DNA of 64,000 nucleotides from an uncultured candidate division Zixibacteria bacterium (GCA_963664195.1 OY760907.1:1152001-1216000), one strand, 5' to 3'. Numbered from the stretch's first letter, positions 39,174 to 49,751 are shown. Notes: a model not told the origin generated them from the letters alone. Made by a program: numbers and translations.

Positions 39174-41702
39174 ATGAGCAATACGCACAACAACAACGCC
39201 GGACGGTTTGCTATACATCTGGTCATATTCCTGGCCGGGTTTTCGTTCCTGCTCTACGAGGTCTCCTGGAACCGTCTGCTCTCGCTCGTACTCGGGGCAA
39301 CCGTCACCGCCTCAACCATCGTTCTCGCCACCTTCATGGCTGGCTTTGGCACCGGCGCATGGTACTGGGGCAGAGCGGCCGAAAAACGAGAGAAACCCGG
39401 CCGACAGCTGGCAACGCTGTTTGCAGGCATCGGTGTCTCCAGCGCTCTCAATTATTTTCTGATCAAAGCTGTGGTACCGTGGCTCTACGCTTCGCTGTTC
39501 GGAAACGGGATGTCGACGGACCTCGCCGAAGTTCTCGTGTTTGTGATCACCGCCGGTTTCCTGTTCATTCCGGCCTTCATGATCGGTGGCATCTTCCCAA
39601 CCGCCAGCAAAATCGCCGTGCGCTCCGACGACGAGATCGCCCACACACTTGGGCACCTGTACGCCTTAGACACCCTCGGCAGTACCATCGGCGGACTAAC
39701 GACCGGTTTCCTGCTGCTGGGCACGCTCGGTCAGATGAACACCGTTATGCTGGCAGTAGCGATAAACCTGATTCTCGGCGTTTGGATCTATATGGCAAGG
39801 CCTTTCGACAAATCGGCACAACCGATGGAAGTAGATGAGAATGCAGGCACCAATCGCAAGGGGCGCAAAATCCCCTACTCCAGACGTGAACACCTTAGAC
39901 AGGTTGCGCTGATCGGTACATTCGTGTGCGGTTTCGCCATTCTCAGTTTGCAGGTCTACTGGATACGGATGTTCCGTATTTACCTGACCAATACCAGCTA
40001 CACGTTTGCGCTTGTTGCCTCGCTGGTGATTCTCGGGTTGTTTGTCGGCAGCACGCTGTTCAAACGGCGGCAGTCTGAGACACACTACCGCCGCTCCATG
40101 TATCGCGTGCTGATTTCCATGTGTGTCGCTGCGACTCTGGGGCTGGTGTTGTTGATATTCCTGCCTGAAGTCCTTCTCTTTCCCTTCCTGGGAACGCTGT
40201 CTGATCCAATCGTGCGCGTGTTTGTCATGCCGATTGTTGCCTCGGTTCTGATCGTTTTTCCGCCAGCTGTTTTCTCCGGCTTCGCTCTTCCGCTTGCCTG
40301 CAGGATGTACACCGCCGGCAAGGAGAGTATCAGCGGTGATGTCGGCTTTGTGCTGATGATCAACACCATCGGATCCGTAGTCGGTCCTATTGTCGCGGCA
40401 TTCGTCCTGCTCCCATTGCTGGGCGCTGCTGTCGCCGTATTGACTGCCGTCTTGCTGCTGATGGTGGCTGCCATTTTCGTACTCAGCCGATGCCCCTCTG
40501 CGCATTCACTGAGGCCGGTGCAATTGGGCTTGTTCGTCACAGCCCTCGGCCTTGTGGTCTTGATTGCTGCTGAACCGGAGATCCGAATTCTCCCCCCTTC
40601 GTTCAGCCGGTTTGATCGCGACATTCTTTTCTATCGTGAATCGGTCGAGGGAACCCTCACCGTCGGACAGGACAGACACACGCGGACGCGATCCAAATCC
40701 ACGTTCGTCAACAACGCCTCGGTGATCGGCTCGACCTATGATGCCATCAAAATAGTCAAAATGGTCGGGCACTTCCCGTTCTTCTTCGGGGCCGGCTGCA
40801 AAGATGTTCTGGTGATCGGTTTTGGCATCGGCGTGACTACCTCTGCAATCGCACAGCACCCGGAAGTACAGTCAATCGAGTGTGTGGAGTTGGTCGAGGG
40901 GCTCAAAGATGCCGCTGTTTTCTACAAAGACCTTAATCGCAATATTGTGAACGACCCGCGGCTGAATATCATCCCGGGCGATGGCCGACATTACCTGCAA
41001 TTGTCATCGAAGAAATACGATCTGATTTCCTGTGACCCGACTCATCCCATTCTCGGTTCGGGCAATCTATACACCAGCGACTATTTCGCGCTTTGCCGTG
41101 AGCACCTCAATCCGGGTGGCATGGTCTCGCAGTTTCTGCCGCTGCACAAACTTCGGACCAAAGAGCTGATGGGGATTGTCCATACCTTCCACGAAGCGTT
41201 CCCTCACAGTACGGTCTGGCTCGGACACACGTACGCGATGCTGCTCGGTTCAACGGAGCCACTTGAAGTTGATTTCAAGGATTGGGAGGCGGAGGTCGCG
41301 ACTGTCGGACAGGACATGTATTTCTATGTCGATGCCTACCATCTCGCTGCAACGCTGGCGCTCGATGGTGCTGCGATCGAGCGGTTGACTGCAGACAGCA
41401 AGTCCAACACCGATGATCTTTCCTACACCGAGTTTTTTGCGCCCTCCTGTTTGTATGTCGAAAACACAGCGAAGAATCTCAGCTACTTGATGCAGAATCG
41501 AACCGATGTCAACGACGTCTTCCTGAACGTTCCGGACACGGCCAGGATGACCCGCTATGTGGAAGGCAATCGACTGCTCACGGAAGCACTGTACCAGAGA
41601 CTTGAGGGTAATAATCAGGAAGGTTTGAAGTTACTCCGCATGGCAGGAATGGCCAATTCCGAAGATCAGGAGATCCCATTCCTTGTGCGGTTGTGGTATT
41701 AG
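39174..41702 (+). CDS. Fused membrane (MFS-like)/spermidine synthase-like methyltransferase
   Basis: Multi-TM N-half ('YEVSWNR', 'LYALDTLGS') and C-terminal 'LVIGFGIG.T', 'VEL', 'DGR', 'YDLISCDP'. Confidence 0.88.
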   Translation: MSNTHNNNAGRFAIHLVIFLAGFSFLLYEVSWNRLLSLVLGATVTASTIVLATFMAGFGTGAWYWGRAAEKREKPGRQLATLFAGIGVSSALNYFLIKAVVPWLYASLFGNGMSTDLAEVLVFVITAGFLFIPAFMIGGIFPTASKIAVRSDDEIAHTLGHLYALDTLGSTIGGLTTGFLLLGTLGQMNTVMLAVAINLILGVWIYMARPFDKSAQPMEVDENAGTNRKGRKIPYSRREHLRQVALIGTFVCGFAILSLQVYWIRMFRIYLTNTSYTFALVASLVILGLFVGSTLFKRRQSETHYRRSMYRVLISMCVAATLGLVLLIFLPEVLLFPFLGTLSDPIVRVFVMPIVASVLIVFPPAVFSGFALPLACRMYTAGKESISGDVGFVLMINTIGSVVGPIVAAFVLLPLLGAAVAVLTAVLLLMVAAIFVLSRCPSAHSLRPVQLGLFVTALGLVVLIAAEPEIRILPPSFSRFDRDILFYRESVEGTLTVGQDRHTRTRSKSTFVNNASVIGSTYDAIKIVKMVGHFPFFFGAGCKDVLVIGFGIGVTTSAIAQHPEVQSIECVELVEGLKDAAVFYKDLNRNIVNDPRLNIIPGDGRHYLQLSSKKYDLISCDPTHPILGSGNLYTSDYFALCREHLNPGGMVSQFLPLHKLRTKELMGIVHTFHEAFPHSTVWLGHTYAMLLGSTEPLEVDFKDWEAEVATVGQDMYFYVDAYHLAATLALDGAAIERLTADSKSNTDDLSYTEFFAPSCLYVENTAKNLSYLMQNRTDVNDVFLNVPDTARMTRYVEGNRLLTEALYQRLEGNNQEGLKLLRMAGMANSEDQEIPFLVRLWY

Positions 41703-41741
41703 GACTGCCTTAGCAGTTGGCAATTGACGTTCAGGAACAAC

Positions 41742-43331
41742 TCACTTGTGTGATGTGAAGTAGCCAAGAATGCGCCAGTAGGGCTTGCAAAGATAGTAGT
41801 TGTCTGCACTCGCACTACGAGCGAGTGCCTTGAGAAGGGAGTATATGCTCTTGTCGTACTCTACTGCTCGAACAAAGCAATTCCCCTGTTCGATATCAGT
41901 GGCATCAAATAGTAGCTCCAAAGCGGGATGAGCGTCGATCATTGCACGAGCACGCCAGATGAAACGGGGCATATTCTCCAGTAGCACTCGCCTCTTGGTC
42001 TGCTCTGTAAGTTGCGCATCAGTTCGCATGTTTGCTTTTAGATCGTTCACCGAAGTCAGATAGATGTCCCACTCAAAAGGAGACGGGAGAGAAGCTGGGG
42101 CGCTTGGTCCAAAAATGGCTTCACGCATAAATTTGTCAAAGCTGGTAACAAGGGACCGGATGAACTCAAACCGAATACGGATTTTGGGGTACAGAGGGAT
42201 AAGGTGAAACCGCGGTACTGCTCGCATGCTTCCTACAATCCCGTCCTCACCCTTCCATGATGTATAGAGCGAGTTCCATTTGACTACCCGATTGCCCTGC
42301 TTCTCTGTCACTTGGATGCCATCCAGTAGCATCCTCGCAAAGGGCCCCACTTGGTCATCGTGAACGTACAGCTTATCGATTCTGGTGGCCCTCAACTTGA
42401 ATCTGTGCGGTCCATAAGGCTGCGCAGATGTCCTGCCCAGACTAAATCCAGTAACAGCAACCGCGTGCCCCCCGCGGTGTACCGCATAACGTTGGGCGGA
42501 AACATCATACAATGATACGTTCAGCAACAGAGGGACTCCAGCGCGCAAATACGCGTATACTGAACCTGTCAAATTGAATTGGTCTTGTGCATTAGTGTAA
42601 TCTGCTTCCAAGCCCAATTGCCGAATGGCAGATATTTCCTGACGACCAGTCAGACCTCGAGACGGAAGAATGCCGGGGACTGCTTCCTCCGGAATCTGCG
42701 TAGCCATCTGTGTTATTTCAACAGGCGACGGAATATTGTGTTGAAACAACTTGCCGGTCCCCTGAAAGACAGTCCACAGGGCACTTGTTGCACAAGCAGA
42801 AGCACCCCGGTCCTGTTCCTGAAATCCTAAGGTCTCGTTGACATGCAGATTCAGACCAAATAGCCCAACTGGGTAGCTGCGAAGCGTCGGATAGTAGCGT
42901 CGTCCATTGTCAGAAGCATATGTCCTTAGACATGTCTTTCCGATGAAGGTCTTGGGTAACCTCTTGACTACAACGAATCCCAAGTAGGATTTCTGTAAAT
43001 CCGCTTCTCGTAACGCCCGCCCCCTGCCTTTGATGGTGTACTCGAATTGCTTGGGAGTGAACGGTCGATCAAAGAAGTGTAACCTCGTGCAGGAACTTCC
43101 GTATTTCCCAAAGCAGCGAACGTAGAACCCCGCATAATCTTCCATATAGTCGCGATCAACATAGTCGTTTTCCACTAGGATCGTTGCCGCGCCAAGATGC
43201 TTGAAATAGTGTTCGAAATAAAGCGTATGTAGTTTCCCATCTACGACTGTGGGAAGTGCCCCCGATTTGACCGCAAGGATCGTCTTAAGTGTCTGTATAC
43301 TGTAGGCGCGAATTTCGTACGGACGTGCCAT
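41742..43331 (-). CDS. Hypothetical protein with papain/C39-like peptidase signature
   Basis: 'FQEQD....ACATSALW' (Q...C), 'GHAVAVTG' (H) and 'YVHDDQ.GP' (D). No signal peptide. Looks more AT-rich than the flanks. Confidence 0.6.
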   Translation of the reverse strand: MARPYEIRAYSIQTLKTILAVKSGALPTVVDGKLHTLYFEHYFKHLGAATILVENDYVDRDYMEDYAGFYVRCFGKYGSSCTRLHFFDRPFTPKQFEYTIKGRGRALREADLQKSYLGFVVVKRLPKTFIGKTCLRTYASDNGRRYYPTLRSYPVGLFGLNLHVNETLGFQEQDRGASACATSALWTVFQGTGKLFQHNIPSPVEITQMATQIPEEAVPGILPSRGLTGRQEISAIRQLGLEADYTNAQDQFNLTGSVYAYLRAGVPLLLNVSLYDVSAQRYAVHRGGHAVAVTGFSLGRTSAQPYGPHRFKLRATRIDKLYVHDDQVGPFARMLLDGIQVTEKQGNRVVKWNSLYTSWKGEDGIVGSMRAVPRFHLIPLYPKIRIRFEFIRSLVTSFDKFMREAIFGPSAPASLPSPFEWDIYLTSVNDLKANMRTDAQLTEQTKRRVLLENMPRFIWRARAMIDAHPALELLFDATDIEQGNCFVRAVEYDKSIYSLLKALARSASADNYYLCKPYWRILGYFTSHK

Positions 43332-43340
43332 GAGTCGGTC

Positions 43341-43520
43341 TTACAGCGTGGCCGGCTCATCTAATATCTTAGGATCCAGAGCGCTATCACGTCGAAGTTT
43401 CTCTAGCGCTTCGTCTAACTGCTTGTCAGTTTTCTCAACCGACTTCTGCCACTTGTCCGTCTTCATTTTGGCAGGAACCGTCTTCTCGGCCCGCTGTATC
43501 TTCTTCTTGAAATCAGTCAC
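43341..43520 (-). CDS. Small 59-aa helical protein (missed by the ORF track)
   Basis: GGAGG SD 5 nt before GTG. Translation: MTDFKKKIQRAEKTVPAKMKTDKWQKSVEKTDKQLDEALEKLRRDSALDPKILDEPATL. Stops 9 nt before the peptidase-like ATG. Confidence 0.7.
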   Translation of the reverse strand: MTDFKKKIQRAEKTVPAKMKTDKWQKSVEKTDKQLDEALEKLRRDSALDPKILDEPATL

Positions 43521-43916
43521 ATCTACCTCCGACGACTATCAGAGTCTACTCCTCATATACACTTATAACATCGGAAAAAACACTGGTCTTGCACAGAAAT
43601 CGGGCAGATTTAGCCACAAGATTGCTCCGTTTCCCGTATTCAGAGCCTTATTATAGTGACTACTTCCAACAAGTCAACTAAATTCGCCTCTCTTCCTGTC
43701 GGTGACTATGATGCCGTCTGCAAAGACTGCTGTCTGCCCCAGACTGGCATCTCTTGGGACAACCCCACCATTCCAGACGCATAGACCAATTCCAATGCCT
43801 GTCGTATCTTCCATGCAGATCGCTCTGTTCGCCGCCAGTTACCGTCCGTTCTGTCATCCTAATGTCATGTAGACCCACAAAACTACGATATCAAGTGAAA
43901 AGTATCACAATGCCCC

Positions 43917-43980
43917 TTGACAACCCGCCTCACATGGTATATCTTTGTATCTAAATGAAAATGAGTGTCATTTTCATTTA
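43917..43980 (+). promoter_or_regulatory. sigma70 promoter (TTGACA-N17-TATCTT) followed by a Fur-box-like perfect palindrome
   Basis: TAAATGAAAATGA-GTG-TCATTTTCATTTA at 43952-43980. The core GAAAATGAGTGTCATTTTC matches 14/19 of the classical Fur box GATAATGATAATCATTATC. Confidence 0.75.
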
Positions 43981-44197
43981 AGTATTGCTAGTTGAAAACA
44001 CCCGATCGGCACGGCCGGGTGAGGCGCTAACCTATTGCAAAACAAGGGGAAAACGCACCTCCTACAGGTATGCCCAATAGTGTTGGTGAAGATAACCAAC
44101 TTCGACAACAACACTAGCGTGGTGATCATGAGATGAATCGAAGTGGGGGGCTATCGAGACAACCGGAAACGTTTTTCAGAAGGAATGAAATGGCGGT

Positions 44198-45415
44198 ATG
44201 TGGAAACAAATCGGAATTACACTGACCTATGGACTGGTCCTGATACTTGCATCTGCCCAGCCTGGCAGCGCAAATGACAACGATGAAGCGGTAACGATTG
44301 AATTGCCCGAAGTACACATGGAGCTGGCCCTCCAGAGTGATATCTACTCTAACGGCGACTCTACCTACTTCGCCGGCATGGCCAAGCGGGCGCACACCGG
44401 TTTCACTATCCGCGAAGCCAAAGTCGTGATCGAAGGTGTGTATGAAGACTATCTGGAGTACAATCTCGAAATGGGAACAGCGGCGTGTCTCGACGGAGGC
44501 TTCATGGTTCTGGAGGCCGGCATTTTTCTCAAACCGCTGGCGCACGTGAAACTCGGCGTCACCAAAGGACACGTCTTGCGTGGGTTTGAAATGTACCATG
44601 ACTGCGTCCATTTGCTAACAGCAGAGAAACCGATCTTCGCCACAGAGTTTAGCCCCTGCCACCCGCTTGGCGCTACCGTTGAGTTTGAACAGGACTTTGA
44701 TGATAACTCAGGCATTCTCGCCCAGCTCGTTGTTGCAGAAGGCAGCGGCGGTACCGCGGACGAAGAGCATGACATCAACATGGGTGTTCACTATCGCACG
44801 CCTATCCCGGGCCTCACTTTAGCAGGCAGCTACACGTTTTGGAAATGGAATGCTGTCTACATGCGCAAAGATTCTGTCCAGACTCCCGGCGGCGCCCGCG
44901 ATGACTACACGTATTTCTTTGCCGAAGAGCGCACCGCTTACGACGGCTATCGCGCTATCTTCGGAGTCGATTATGAAAATCACGACCTCTCCCTCCGCGC
45001 CGAGGGGTTCACAGGCAAAGCCTTCAAAGACGCTCTGGATATGCCCTACTACGCGGATATCTGGGCTGACTCCTCAAACACCGTCAAGATCACAGGCGCT
45101 CCGTTTGAAGACCTTGAGATGCGGGCAATGCTCGTACAGGGCGGCTACAAGGTGCCGCTCAGATACCCCAAGTTCAGATACATCCAACCTTATGTCCAGT
45201 ACCAGTGGTGGGACCAGGCTTCCAATCTTGACAACGGCGACTATGCAAGCAGCTTCTTTACAATCGGCGTAAACATCGGCGTCGGATCGGGAAGCGCCTT
45301 ATTCAAACTCGACTATCAAACCTGTATTGACTTCGCCGACGATGGTGGCATACCAGGCTACGGAGAGGAACAGCACGCGGATCGCGTCCTCGCCCGACTG
45401 CAGATAGGCATCTAA
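44198..45415 (+). CDS. Outer-membrane beta-barrel/porin-like protein
   Basis: Signal peptide, alternating beta-strand pattern, 'F.IREAKV...G' and C-terminal 'ARLQIGI'. Confidence 0.65.
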   Translation: MWKQIGITLTYGLVLILASAQPGSANDNDEAVTIELPEVHMELALQSDIYSNGDSTYFAGMAKRAHTGFTIREAKVVIEGVYEDYLEYNLEMGTAACLDGGFMVLEAGIFLKPLAHVKLGVTKGHVLRGFEMYHDCVHLLTAEKPIFATEFSPCHPLGATVEFEQDFDDNSGILAQLVVAEGSGGTADEEHDINMGVHYRTPIPGLTLAGSYTFWKWNAVYMRKDSVQTPGGARDDYTYFFAEERTAYDGYRAIFGVDYENHDLSLRAEGFTGKAFKDALDMPYYADIWADSSNTVKITGAPFEDLEMRAMLVQGGYKVPLRYPKFRYIQPYVQYQWWDQASNLDNGDYASSFFTIGVNIGVGSGSALFKLDYQTCIDFADDGGIPGYGEEQHADRVLARLQIGI

Positions 45416-45483
45416 CATGCAAAACAGCAAATAAGTTATACGATTAGATATTGGCGTAACAACCTTAGAAAGCGAGAGTACCG

Positions 45484-47199
45484 ATGACCACAATCAAAGC
45501 TATCATCGTCTTGATGACTCTGGTTCTCTGTGCCGCACCGCTTACGATTGCCGACACCGGCGATACGGAGTGGACAGTGTCACTGAACCGAGCAGCTCTG
45601 ACCGACGGTGTCTATCCGCCGGCCAGCAATCCTCCCACTCCGGAGACAACCAAGGACAGAGCACAACTGCTATGGGAAGACTTCGAAGGAGCAACCTTCC
45701 CTCCCACCGGCTGGGACACGCTCAATCTGAACGAAGGCTACGGCTGGATGTTCAGTACCTTCCAGGGCGGCGGCACCCAGGCGGCCATGGTGATCTGGGA
45801 CCAGACCGCACCCGTCACGCTACAGGATGAGTGGCTGATCACACCTTCACTCGACGTCTCGACAGCAGGCTCCCAGCTACGCCTCGAGTTCTATATGCTC
45901 CAGGGATACGACTATCCACACGACTTCAGGGTGCATGTCACCGATGACGAAGGCGCCACCTGGACGGAGTTGTTTGACTCCGAGGGAACTGGCTACCCGG
46001 ACCATGAATGGTACTTCGTCAGCGTCCCCCTGACCGATTGGGTCGGCCATGCGACACCTATTCGGATCGCTTTCCAGTACTACGGTGTCGATGCCGACCT
46101 GTTCGGCGTTGACAACGTCGAGGTCACCGATGAAGATGCTGCGGTCGGTCGCTGCTGCATCTACACCGATCCGCTCAACCCGGATTGCCAGGACAACATC
46201 ACTCAGGCTGACTGTAACGCGCTCGGCGGTATCTGGGCCGAAGGTCTCGACTGCACGTCGAGTCCCTGCCCGCTCCAGGGGCAGCAACTGGAACCGTCCG
46301 ACGACATGTACACCGATCCGAGTAGTGGCGACGGTCATCCGCACCCGGTCGAGGAAACCGGTTTGTGGACAGCCGACTTCTCCGGCGCCGGACACTATGA
46401 ACGTGTCAGTTTGAAATGGGATGTCTCAGCATACGCCGGGCAGACCGCGGACAGCGCTTTCATCAATATCTATCGCTATTTCCGCTGCCCGGGCAGCGGC
46501 TACACCATGTGCGACCTTTATGTTGCCACAGAAGACTGGGACGAGGATACCTGGAATGATTACGTTCATATATCCCATGCCGCCACCCCGTTTGCGGCCT
46601 TCAATTTCGGACCCGCCCTCGACTGGTTCCGTATCAACGTCTCGAACGTCGTCAATCAGTGGCTCGACGGAACACAGCAACCCTACGGCATTGTCATCCA
46701 GGCCCAGTCCGGACAAAAGTGGAGCAAGTTCTACTCCAAGGAAGGCACCTACGCCCCCTACCTGGAACTGTACGGCGTAACGATCGACAATGACCCTGAC
46801 AACGACGGTGTCCCGACAGGAACCGACAACTGCGAAGGAACACCGAATCCCGGGCAGGAGGACGGTGACACCGACGGTATTGGCGATGCCTGCGACAACT
46901 GCCCAGACGTCGCCAATTCGGGGCAGGAAGACGCCGATTCTGACGGCATTGGCGATGTATGCGATGGTTGCTGCACCGGACCGTCCGTCGGCAATGTCGA
47001 CGGCTCAACAGACGATCTCGTAACCATGGGCGATTTGACAGTTCTAATCGACCACCTCTTCATCTCGCTCACGCCGCTTGATTGCCTCGATGAAGGAAAC
47101 ACGGATATGAGCGCCGACGGTCTTGTCACCATGGGTGACCTGACGGTGCTGATTGACGCCCTGTTTATCAGTCTGAATTCCCTTCCGCCGTGCCCGTAG
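45484..47199 (+). CDS. Secreted multidomain protein: cleaved-adhesin-like domain, DNRLRE/CBM-like domain, thrombospondin type-3 repeats, dockerin-like C-terminus
   Basis: Motifs 'EDFE..FPP.GW', 'DEWLITP', 'FYSKE..P.L', DNC...NPGQEDGDTDGIGDACD repeats and duplicated MGDLTVLID.LFISL. Confidence 0.75.
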   Translation: MTTIKAIIVLMTLVLCAAPLTIADTGDTEWTVSLNRAALTDGVYPPASNPPTPETTKDRAQLLWEDFEGATFPPTGWDTLNLNEGYGWMFSTFQGGGTQAAMVIWDQTAPVTLQDEWLITPSLDVSTAGSQLRLEFYMLQGYDYPHDFRVHVTDDEGATWTELFDSEGTGYPDHEWYFVSVPLTDWVGHATPIRIAFQYYGVDADLFGVDNVEVTDEDAAVGRCCIYTDPLNPDCQDNITQADCNALGGIWAEGLDCTSSPCPLQGQQLEPSDDMYTDPSSGDGHPHPVEETGLWTADFSGAGHYERVSLKWDVSAYAGQTADSAFINIYRYFRCPGSGYTMCDLYVATEDWDEDTWNDYVHISHAATPFAAFNFGPALDWFRINVSNVVNQWLDGTQQPYGIVIQAQSGQKWSKFYSKEGTYAPYLELYGVTIDNDPDNDGVPTGTDNCEGTPNPGQEDGDTDGIGDACDNCPDVANSGQEDADSDGIGDVCDGCCTGPSVGNVDGSTDDLVTMGDLTVLIDHLFISLTPLDCLDEGNTDMSADGLVTMGDLTVLIDALFISLNSLPPCP

Positions 47200-47277
47200 G
47201 CCGCGGCCAAGCTCGCCCCGAGTCTCACCGGTGAAGAGCGAGGCTTGTGGCCTGCGGGTAAGGTAATCAGGCGAAAC

Positions 47278-47306
47278 CCGGCGGCGGAGAATCTCTTCGT
47301 CGCCGG
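47278..47306. terminator. GC-rich hairpin between convergent genes
   Basis: ccggcggcggaga/tcttcgtcgccgg stem with G-U pairs; no clear U-tract. Confidence 0.4.
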
Positions 47307-47451
47307 TACTCGTTTGCAAACGTAGCTCGTCGTCTCATAGAGTCAAGCTACGTTACAGAGTTCCTCTGCACGGGACATCCGGGTGGGGCGTTCATATCTG
47401 GAGACACCGAGTAGTCGGCTCATCGCAATCCATTACAACGCATAACCCCAC

Positions 47452-48039
47452 TCACCTTCTTCCTGTGTCGTCACATCGCCCCTGCGGCCACAGCCAGCCG
47501 AAAATGCCGGCGGTGCACAGGGAGTAGATGAGGCCGTCGAACATAGATTTGAACGTCGAACACCACTTGCGCTTGTACCAGATCGCATTCTGCAACAATG
47601 CCAAAGAGTGGCCGGCGAAAGCAACGGTACCAACCACGCGGAACACCGTCAGGTAATGTGTCTCCGGCGTCAGCACAACCCCGGCCAGATACGCGGCAAA
47701 AAAACTGACTACCAGGCTGTAAACAAACCAGAGCGCCAGGCTCGATCCCATCTTCGTCTGCCCGCCCGGCATAACGGTCATGAGTACCACCGGCCCTTTG
47801 TTCATCTTGTCCAAGAATTTCTCATCCTTCATCGACTCCGTACCCTCGCCACAGGGAAACATGTAGTCACCGGGCGGGATATCGAATTGGCGGAGAGCAT
47901 CCTGAACGTCGTCCTCGGACGGGACCTTCACAAAATCGTTTTGATGATACTGCAGCAGCATGTGCAACACAGAGCTGACAATGAAAACAAGAACGGCCGA
48001 AAGCAAAATCGGCAACCAGAGAGAAACCAGAGAAACCAT
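47452..48039 (-). CDS. Conserved hypothetical membrane protein
   Basis: 'LWLPILLSAV.VF..S...HM', 'PPG.YMFP', 'GP' and 'DGL.Y...AG.FGWLWP'; about 4 TMs. Confidence 0.7.
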   Translation of the reverse strand: MVSLVSLWLPILLSAVLVFIVSSVLHMLLQYHQNDFVKVPSEDDVQDALRQFDIPPGDYMFPCGEGTESMKDEKFLDKMNKGPVVLMTVMPGGQTKMGSSLALWFVYSLVVSFFAAYLAGVVLTPETHYLTVFRVVGTVAFAGHSLALLQNAIWYKRKWCSTFKSMFDGLIYSLCTAGIFGWLWPQGRCDDTGRR

Positions 48040-48285
48040 TTGTGTACCTCGCGTCAATTAGGAAAGAGTTCATCGACTGTAAACAACAATCCATTTTGTT
48101 GGCATTTGTTCTGCGAGTGGCGTACCTAAATCATCTCTCGAACCGCTGCTGATTGTCCCGGCAAACTCTCTCCCCGGCTTGGGCATGGACTTGCTGATAA
48201 GTCAGTTTCCCAGCAACAATCCCGCTCCTCCCGACGTAAATAGACTACCAAAAGTCAACCCGCAGCATGGAACACTATATCAATT

Positions 48286-49569
48286 ATGAAGATAATCATA
48301 ACGATAGCCTTACTCACGTTGAGTCTTGCCTTTGTAGCTTCGGCACAGCCGGATTCAGGGGGCGATACCGATCCGGGCATAGCAAGTCTGGACACCGTCT
48401 GGCAGACCGTATCAGAGTACCATTACGACACCACCTTCGGTGGCGTCAATTGGCAAGAAATCCACGACCGGTACTACGAGACAGCACGGACAATCAAGGA
48501 TGACGACTCGCTCATTCAACTCATGAACGACATGCTGCTGGAACTGAAGCTGTCCCACTACGCAGTGTTCCGCCCCGAGAAGAAGGCCGACGGAGGGTCT
48601 CAACTAATATCTGCGGGCAGCATCGGCCTCGGACTCAGGCTATTTGGTGAGGAGGCAGTTATCACTTCGTTGAAGCCTGACTTCCCGGCCGCGAGGGCAG
48701 GACTGAAACCCGGCTACGCAATCACAGGCATCAACGGTGTCTCTGTGCAGCAGATGTTAAGCGATGCCGCAGACAGCCACATCTCCCATTTCAGTGAACG
48801 CCGAAAAGTCAGCGACATGTGCGACGCAATCTACGGTTGCACTTTCGGCCAACCCGGCGATACGGTAGTGATTGCTTACAAGGATGAGGACGGTATGTCT
48901 CGCGAGGCTACCCTCCTTATGCAACAACGACCGGGAGGCACCATAATAGACGAAGACTTCCCGACCGTGTACGTCGACTGCAGCTCCGCGCGGCTGGCGG
49001 ACGATATCGGCTATATCTATTTCAGTGCCGTCCTTCCTCCGGCGGATTCGTTCTTCCTCACCGCGATCGAGAAACTTAGTGACGTTCGGGGACTTGTCAT
49101 AGACATTAGGGGAAATCCCGGTGGTATGCATACGGTCGGCGAAACGATTGCATCAAAACTGATAGGCGAGAAAATGGTCTTCTCCGTATTCAAGTATCGG
49201 GACGGCACGGTAGAGGTTTCGGTTGAGCCGAATCCCCCTGTCTTCGAGGGTCCGATTGCCATATTGGTCGATGTGATGAACGCCTCAGCCAGTGAGCGGT
49301 TCTCGGGATGCATGCAGTCAATCGGACGTGCCACGATAATCGGCGAGCAAAGCCCCGGCTCGGTCGGACCATCGAATTTCAAGATTCTTCCCAACGGTGC
49401 TACGTTCATGTATCTCATAGCGCAGTCTCTAACACCCGACGGTACAGTGCTGGAGGGTCACGGAGTCGTGCCGGACATCATCGAGCCGTTGGACAGGGAG
49501 GCACTGCTGAAGGGCGTGGACACGCAGATTCAGCGGGCGGTTGAGTTTCTCAAGAATGAAGTGGAGTGA
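48286..49569 (+). CDS. S41 family C-terminal processing peptidase with PDZ domain
   Basis: Motifs DIRGNPGG, ASASE, IIGE.SPG and EGHGVVPD; signal peptide. Confidence 0.9.
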   Translation: MKIIITIALLTLSLAFVASAQPDSGGDTDPGIASLDTVWQTVSEYHYDTTFGGVNWQEIHDRYYETARTIKDDDSLIQLMNDMLLELKLSHYAVFRPEKKADGGSQLISAGSIGLGLRLFGEEAVITSLKPDFPAARAGLKPGYAITGINGVSVQQMLSDAADSHISHFSERRKVSDMCDAIYGCTFGQPGDTVVIAYKDEDGMSREATLLMQQRPGGTIIDEDFPTVYVDCSSARLADDIGYIYFSAVLPPADSFFLTAIEKLSDVRGLVIDIRGNPGGMHTVGETIASKLIGEKMVFSVFKYRDGTVEVSVEPNPPVFEGPIAILVDVMNASASERFSGCMQSIGRATIIGEQSPGSVGPSNFKILPNGATFMYLIAQSLTPDGTVLEGHGVVPDIIEPLDREALLKGVDTQIQRAVEFLKNEVE

Positions 49570-49706
49570 ATGCGGCCCCGGCATCAAAGCTTGTAGATAA
49601 GGTGTCTTCCGTCTATTTCGTGATTATGTTACTTCTGTCGCTCATTCGTGGCCGATATCTCTATACTGCCCTGGCATTGGTTCGCAGCCAGCGCTGATAA
49701 CTCAAG

Positions 49707-49742
49707 AAAATCGGCCCGCACTATTCATCGCGGGCCGACTTC
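49707..49742. terminator. Bidirectional terminator
   Basis: tcggcccgc/gcgggccga stem with A/T flanks between convergent genes. Confidence 0.7.
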
Positions 49743-49751
49743 GTTTGTCAC

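Noticed and set aside
46790..47170. Nucleotide repeats as CRISPR or tandem array
   Set aside because: Degenerate coding repeats of TSP3 and dockerin motifs, with no identical repeats separated by spacers.
47314..47358. attC-like palindrome (AAC-GTAGCT...AGCTAC-GTT)
   Set aside because: Only about 45 nt, a single copy, poor R-box match and no integron integrase.
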